Assembly: GCA_009602735.1 (NCBI GenBank)
Contig: WELA01002449.1
Coordinates: forward strand, 375,000-411,857
Direction of reading: 5' to 3'
Origin: Mesotaenium endlicherianum
Taxonomy: Eukaryota
DNA length: 36,858 nucleotides
The first letter of the stretch is position 1. Each line of letters begins with the position of its first letter. Position numbers and translations under genes: made by a program. Positions 33,086-36,858 of this stretch are shown here, in pieces. Under the pieces are notes generated by a model, which had not been told where the DNA came from, made no database searches, and was given only the letters and a program-made list of their open reading frames with translations.

Positions 33086-33444
33086 GAACGAGAAGGAAAC
33101 TATCAGCCAGAGCACAAGCACCGACTGTGGAAGCTCCTAAAAGAGAAACTGATCCCAAGAAAAGGGTGGTAATTACTGGAATGGGTCTATGCTCAGTGTT
33201 TGGAAACGATGTAAACTCGTACTATGATAAGCTTCTTGAAGGCACAAGTGGAGTTAGTATCATTGACCGCTTCGATGTCAGCAAATTTCCGACAAAATTT
33301 GCAGGCCAGATTAAGAATTTCACTTCAGAAGGCCTCATTGACGGAAAGAATGAGAGAAGACTGGATGATTGTCTCAAGTATGCAATTGTCAGCGGCAAGA
33401 AGGCCTTGGAGCAGGCTAATCTTGGGAAGGAGCAGCTTGAGACG
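33086..33444 (+). CDS. KAS1: KAS I exon 2
   Basis: APKRETDPKKRVVITGMG...IDGKNERRLDDCLKY is the plant KAS I signature; CAG acceptor and ACG|GTACTG donor. Confidence 0.95.
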
Positions 33445-34201
33445 GTACTGTATCTTTCTATATTGCCCCCACTTCTGGAGTGTTAAGCACTTGTTCTTCC
33501 TGAAATCTTCCATTTTTCACGCTCAAGATTACTAGCAACCTTTTAAGTCACGAGGCATAAAAGAGGGACATGTATCAACCTTTCTTAAGATAATTAAGAT
33601 CACGTCTTAAATTAGATTACGACGGGATATTTCTGCATTAAAGGAATACTTGGGACTGAGCCTCTACTGCTCGTCTTGCTCATTGGATCATTTCCTTGCA
33701 GCTGCCAAAATGCTGTAACAACAACAGCCTCTAGTTCTTTAGTACTCTATTACTGACTATCTAGTTTGAGTTAACATAGTTGTAAGGTCAAAGAACCCAT
33801 ATGAGCCATTCATTGTACAAGCTGTTCATTTGGTTGTTTCTCTGTTGGCTGTTTAGTTCTCTAATTGTTCTATGTTACTTAGGTGTCCTGCCAGGAGTTG
33901 AATAAACACGGCAAGTTTGAGTTGATTTTTTTTAGTCTCACATCATAAGTAACTTACTTGAATGCAGACACCAGCCCCAGTCTTATAATTCAAGTATTGC
34001 GAATTCTTTGAGCTCTTTGGTCCCACAAGCCTAAAAGTATGTCGAAGTGCATGAGTATCTATGAAAGCAACCCAATGTAATGTGACCTCCAGACGAGGCA
34101 CTGTACGGCCAATATCCAAACACCCCCATGAATGAAGGTGTCCACGCTGTAGCCATCTTCTCACCTCTAGTGTCTCGTTTCTGATGCTTTGCCGCTTGCA
34201 G

Positions 34202-34455
34202 GTGGACAAACAGAGAGTTGGTGTCTTGGTAGGATCAGGTATGGGCGGCCTCACTGTATTTTCAGATGGAGTGCAGAGCCTTCTGGAGAAGGGCTACAAG
34301 AGGATCTCGCCGTTCTTCATCCCATATGCTATCACAAACATGGGATCTGCTCTTCTGGCCATTGAGCTTGGGCTCATGGGACCCAACTACTCCATTTCCA
34401 CAGCCTGTGCCACCTCTAACTACTGCTTCTACGCTGCTGCCAACCATATCCGCAG
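34202..34455 (+). CDS. KAS1: KAS I exon 3 (catalytic Cys in TACATSN)
   Basis: VGVLVGSGMGG..SPFFIPY..GPNYSISTACATSNYCF; ends at the GC donor AG|GCAAGA. Confidence 0.95.
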
Positions 34456-35092
34456 GCAAGAAAGGGACCTCTAAGTCTCTCACACTCTTTTGCAGGGCAC
34501 GTGACTTACATTCTGGTCGGCTTGCTGCTCGTCATGCACATAGAGCTGGGATGCCAAACCTGGGCGCTTGTGTGGGGGGTCCCAGTTGGTCTGTATTTTG
34601 AACTCACTAAGCTTGAGTTTCATCAAAACAGTGGTCGATGGTGCCAATGGCATTAGGAACTTTGCACCCAGTTCTGATCCTCCTTCAGAAGACTAGATGG
34701 CCAAGGGACAGTTGGTGGGTTCTTGAGGGGTGTAGGTCGCAGCTAAGCCGGGGAGGTTTAATGCACGCTAAGCATTCCTATTCTGGAAGAATACTCATAT
34801 AGAGCCACATGAAATGTTTGTAGTACCGCTTTCACTATTCGTGCTTTGCATCTTACACATCAGCTTGCAATCTACAGCTTGCCTCATGTTATGCCCTCAT
34901 GTTGGGCCATAGTTTCTGACCCATCAGGGCGTAGGGCGGAACTCAGCTCAGTTGTGTAATTTCAATGAGTTCCTTCTGGAAGCACGTTGGCACCTCAGCA
35001 GCAAGAAAAGCTTTTTAATGTTCCAAGTTTGTTCATGCTTGTGCTTGATGCCCTTACATGTCACACTCCCTTCTCTCTTCTTTTCATACCAG

Positions 35093-35270
35093 AGGAGAGG
35101 CCGATATCATGGTGGCTGGAGGAACAGAGGCGGCCATTATTCCCGTGGGACTCGGCGGATTTGTTGCTTGCCGGGCACTTTCTCAGCGCAATGATTCGCC
35201 CGAGACCGCCTCAAGGCCATGGGACCAGGGCCGTGAGGGCTTCGTCATGGGCGAGGGCGCTGGCGTGCTT
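35093..35270 (+). CDS. KAS1: KAS I exon 4
   Basis: [33 protein letters not shown]; donor GTAAGG. Confidence 0.95.
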
Positions 35271-35815
35271 GTAAGGAAACTGCGACCCACCAGTCTCAAT
35301 GATGGAACAGCTTCTTCTTATTTTTATGCTTGCTACAGTTCTACTTGCAGGCCTCAGCCTCTGCTTCTCCTCGATTGGTTGCCCCATACAATTTTGGCAC
35401 TCGGTCTTGCCACGAAAGGCTGGCAGCCAGCATTTCTCGACAGCTTCGTCCTATTTCTACTCCGTAAATGATCTTTGGAAGTTATGTATGTTTTGGAATG
35501 AGTCTCGAAGCATCAAAAGCTGGCCAGCTTTGACCTCCTACGTCAGCTGGGTAAGGGGGATGGGAGCTTCTGTCTTTTGACTCTTGTCATTGCGGAATAG
35601 TGCAATACTGCACTCGCAGTCAACACAATGACAGGACTCACGTCCAGGCCAAGTCCTGTGAGGCGACTCCCCTCACAGTCACCCTTGCCTCGTCTGCATC
35701 TGCTGACTCTTCATCTTCCCCCTACCTCCTTACTATCGTCGTGATTGGCGGGTGCCTGGTTTGACTGATTATTGAAGCACTGTACTGAATGTTCATACCT
35801 GCTGTACTTTTTCAG

Positions 35816-35989
35816 GTAATGGAGAGCCTGGAGAGTGCACTGAAGAGGGGTGTGCCCATACTGGGAGAGTACCTGGGTGGCGCAGTGACGTGTGATGCCC
35901 ACCACATGACAGATCCCCGTGCCGACGGCCTGGGAGTGTCTTCGTGCATCAACAAAGCTCTGGCCGACTCGGGTGTTTCTCCTGAGGAG
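35816..35989 (+). CDS. KAS1: KAS I exon 5; gene continues beyond the window
   Basis: VMESLESALKRG..CDAHHMTDPRADGLG..GVSPEE; donor GTCAGT; the next expected exon (VNYINAHATST) was not found in the window. Confidence 0.95.
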
Positions 35990-36858
35990 GTCAGTTGCTC
36001 TGGCCTTCCTCCCTCTCACACTGGACACCAGCTGCACTGAACAGCATGAGCACGGGGGGGAGTGGAGTAGGCGAAGAGATGCACTTTCACTTTGGTTTGG
36101 TACTCAAAACTAAGTTTGGCTGCAGGAGTCTACTTGACTTAGACACAGCCTGAACCTTGACTCTGCAGGAGGCTGAGGCATCACAAAATAGAAATATTAA
36201 GGCAGATGCGCTTGTGAGGGATAGAGGGAAGCATGTTTCATTGCAAGGCTCTCACTTGCACCTCAATTAAGGACTGGTAGGTTAGTAACGGTTATCTATA
36301 ATCTGAGAGGGGGCAACTGTGAGGGGGCAAGTGAGTAGCAAGCTTGTTGACGCTTGCTTTTGGGTTATGTGAATGGCCTTGTCGAGGTGTCGGGAAGCGC
36401 TTGTGAATACATCGTGTAAGAGATATGCACGAAAAAGAGGTCCACCGCTTGTGACTAACTTGTGATGGTGTAGCAGGCATACACAAGTTGGAGATGCATA
36501 TAATGGGGGAGGTGCCTCTGTTCCTGCTGGCAGTAGTGGACTGTTTACTTTCGGCAATCAGAAAGACGATCAGTCTTTTGAGATTTGGGAACGGTATGGC
36601 ATAAATTAGGCAAGGGAGTGTTCAGTGAGCTTTCGTTTTCCTTGGCCTCTTGGGCCTCCGGTGACTTCGATTATTTATGATCGCCTCAAGGTCCGAGTTT
36701 TGGAGGCAATGGCTCCCACTTGATTGACTGGCCAGACATTGACCAGACGTGAAACTTGGCCAAAGTTGACCAGTCAGTGCTAGCGTATATTTTTAGGCTT
36801 TTTCAATCAGTATAAACTGGACCAGTCACATTTCACATGTATAACACGCACCTCCCCC

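Overview
This is eukaryotic, intron-rich nuclear DNA, most likely from a green plant or streptophyte alga (inferred from the plastid-type sigma factor and KAS I genes). Two host genes flank a ~26-kb nested transposon island. On the left are the last three exons of a sigma70-type factor (57-2268, +). On the right are the first five coding exons of plastid beta-ketoacyl-ACP synthase I (32597-35989, +), including one GC-AG intron. The island resolves almost completely through LTR termini and 5-bp target-site duplications (TSDs). The oldest layer is a degenerate CRE-like non-LTR element with a zinc finger and restriction-like endonuclease but no RT core. It was split by a decayed Ty3/gypsy chromovirus 'A' (5349-23974) and by a deletion derivative 'B2' (24636-29657). 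Element A carries four solo-LTR-type insertions, and one of these contains an intact chromovirus 'B1' (8584-17403, minus). The most notable system is family B: a chromovirus with a -1 frameshift gag/pol junction plus a large non-Env third ORF (558 aa). ORF3 is preceded by branch-point/acceptor signals and bracketed by duplicated hairpin+PPT motifs. It is kept intact in B2, which lost most of gag-pol and encodes an in-frame Gag-chromodomain fusion. N gaps and single-N junctions indicate some local misassembly.
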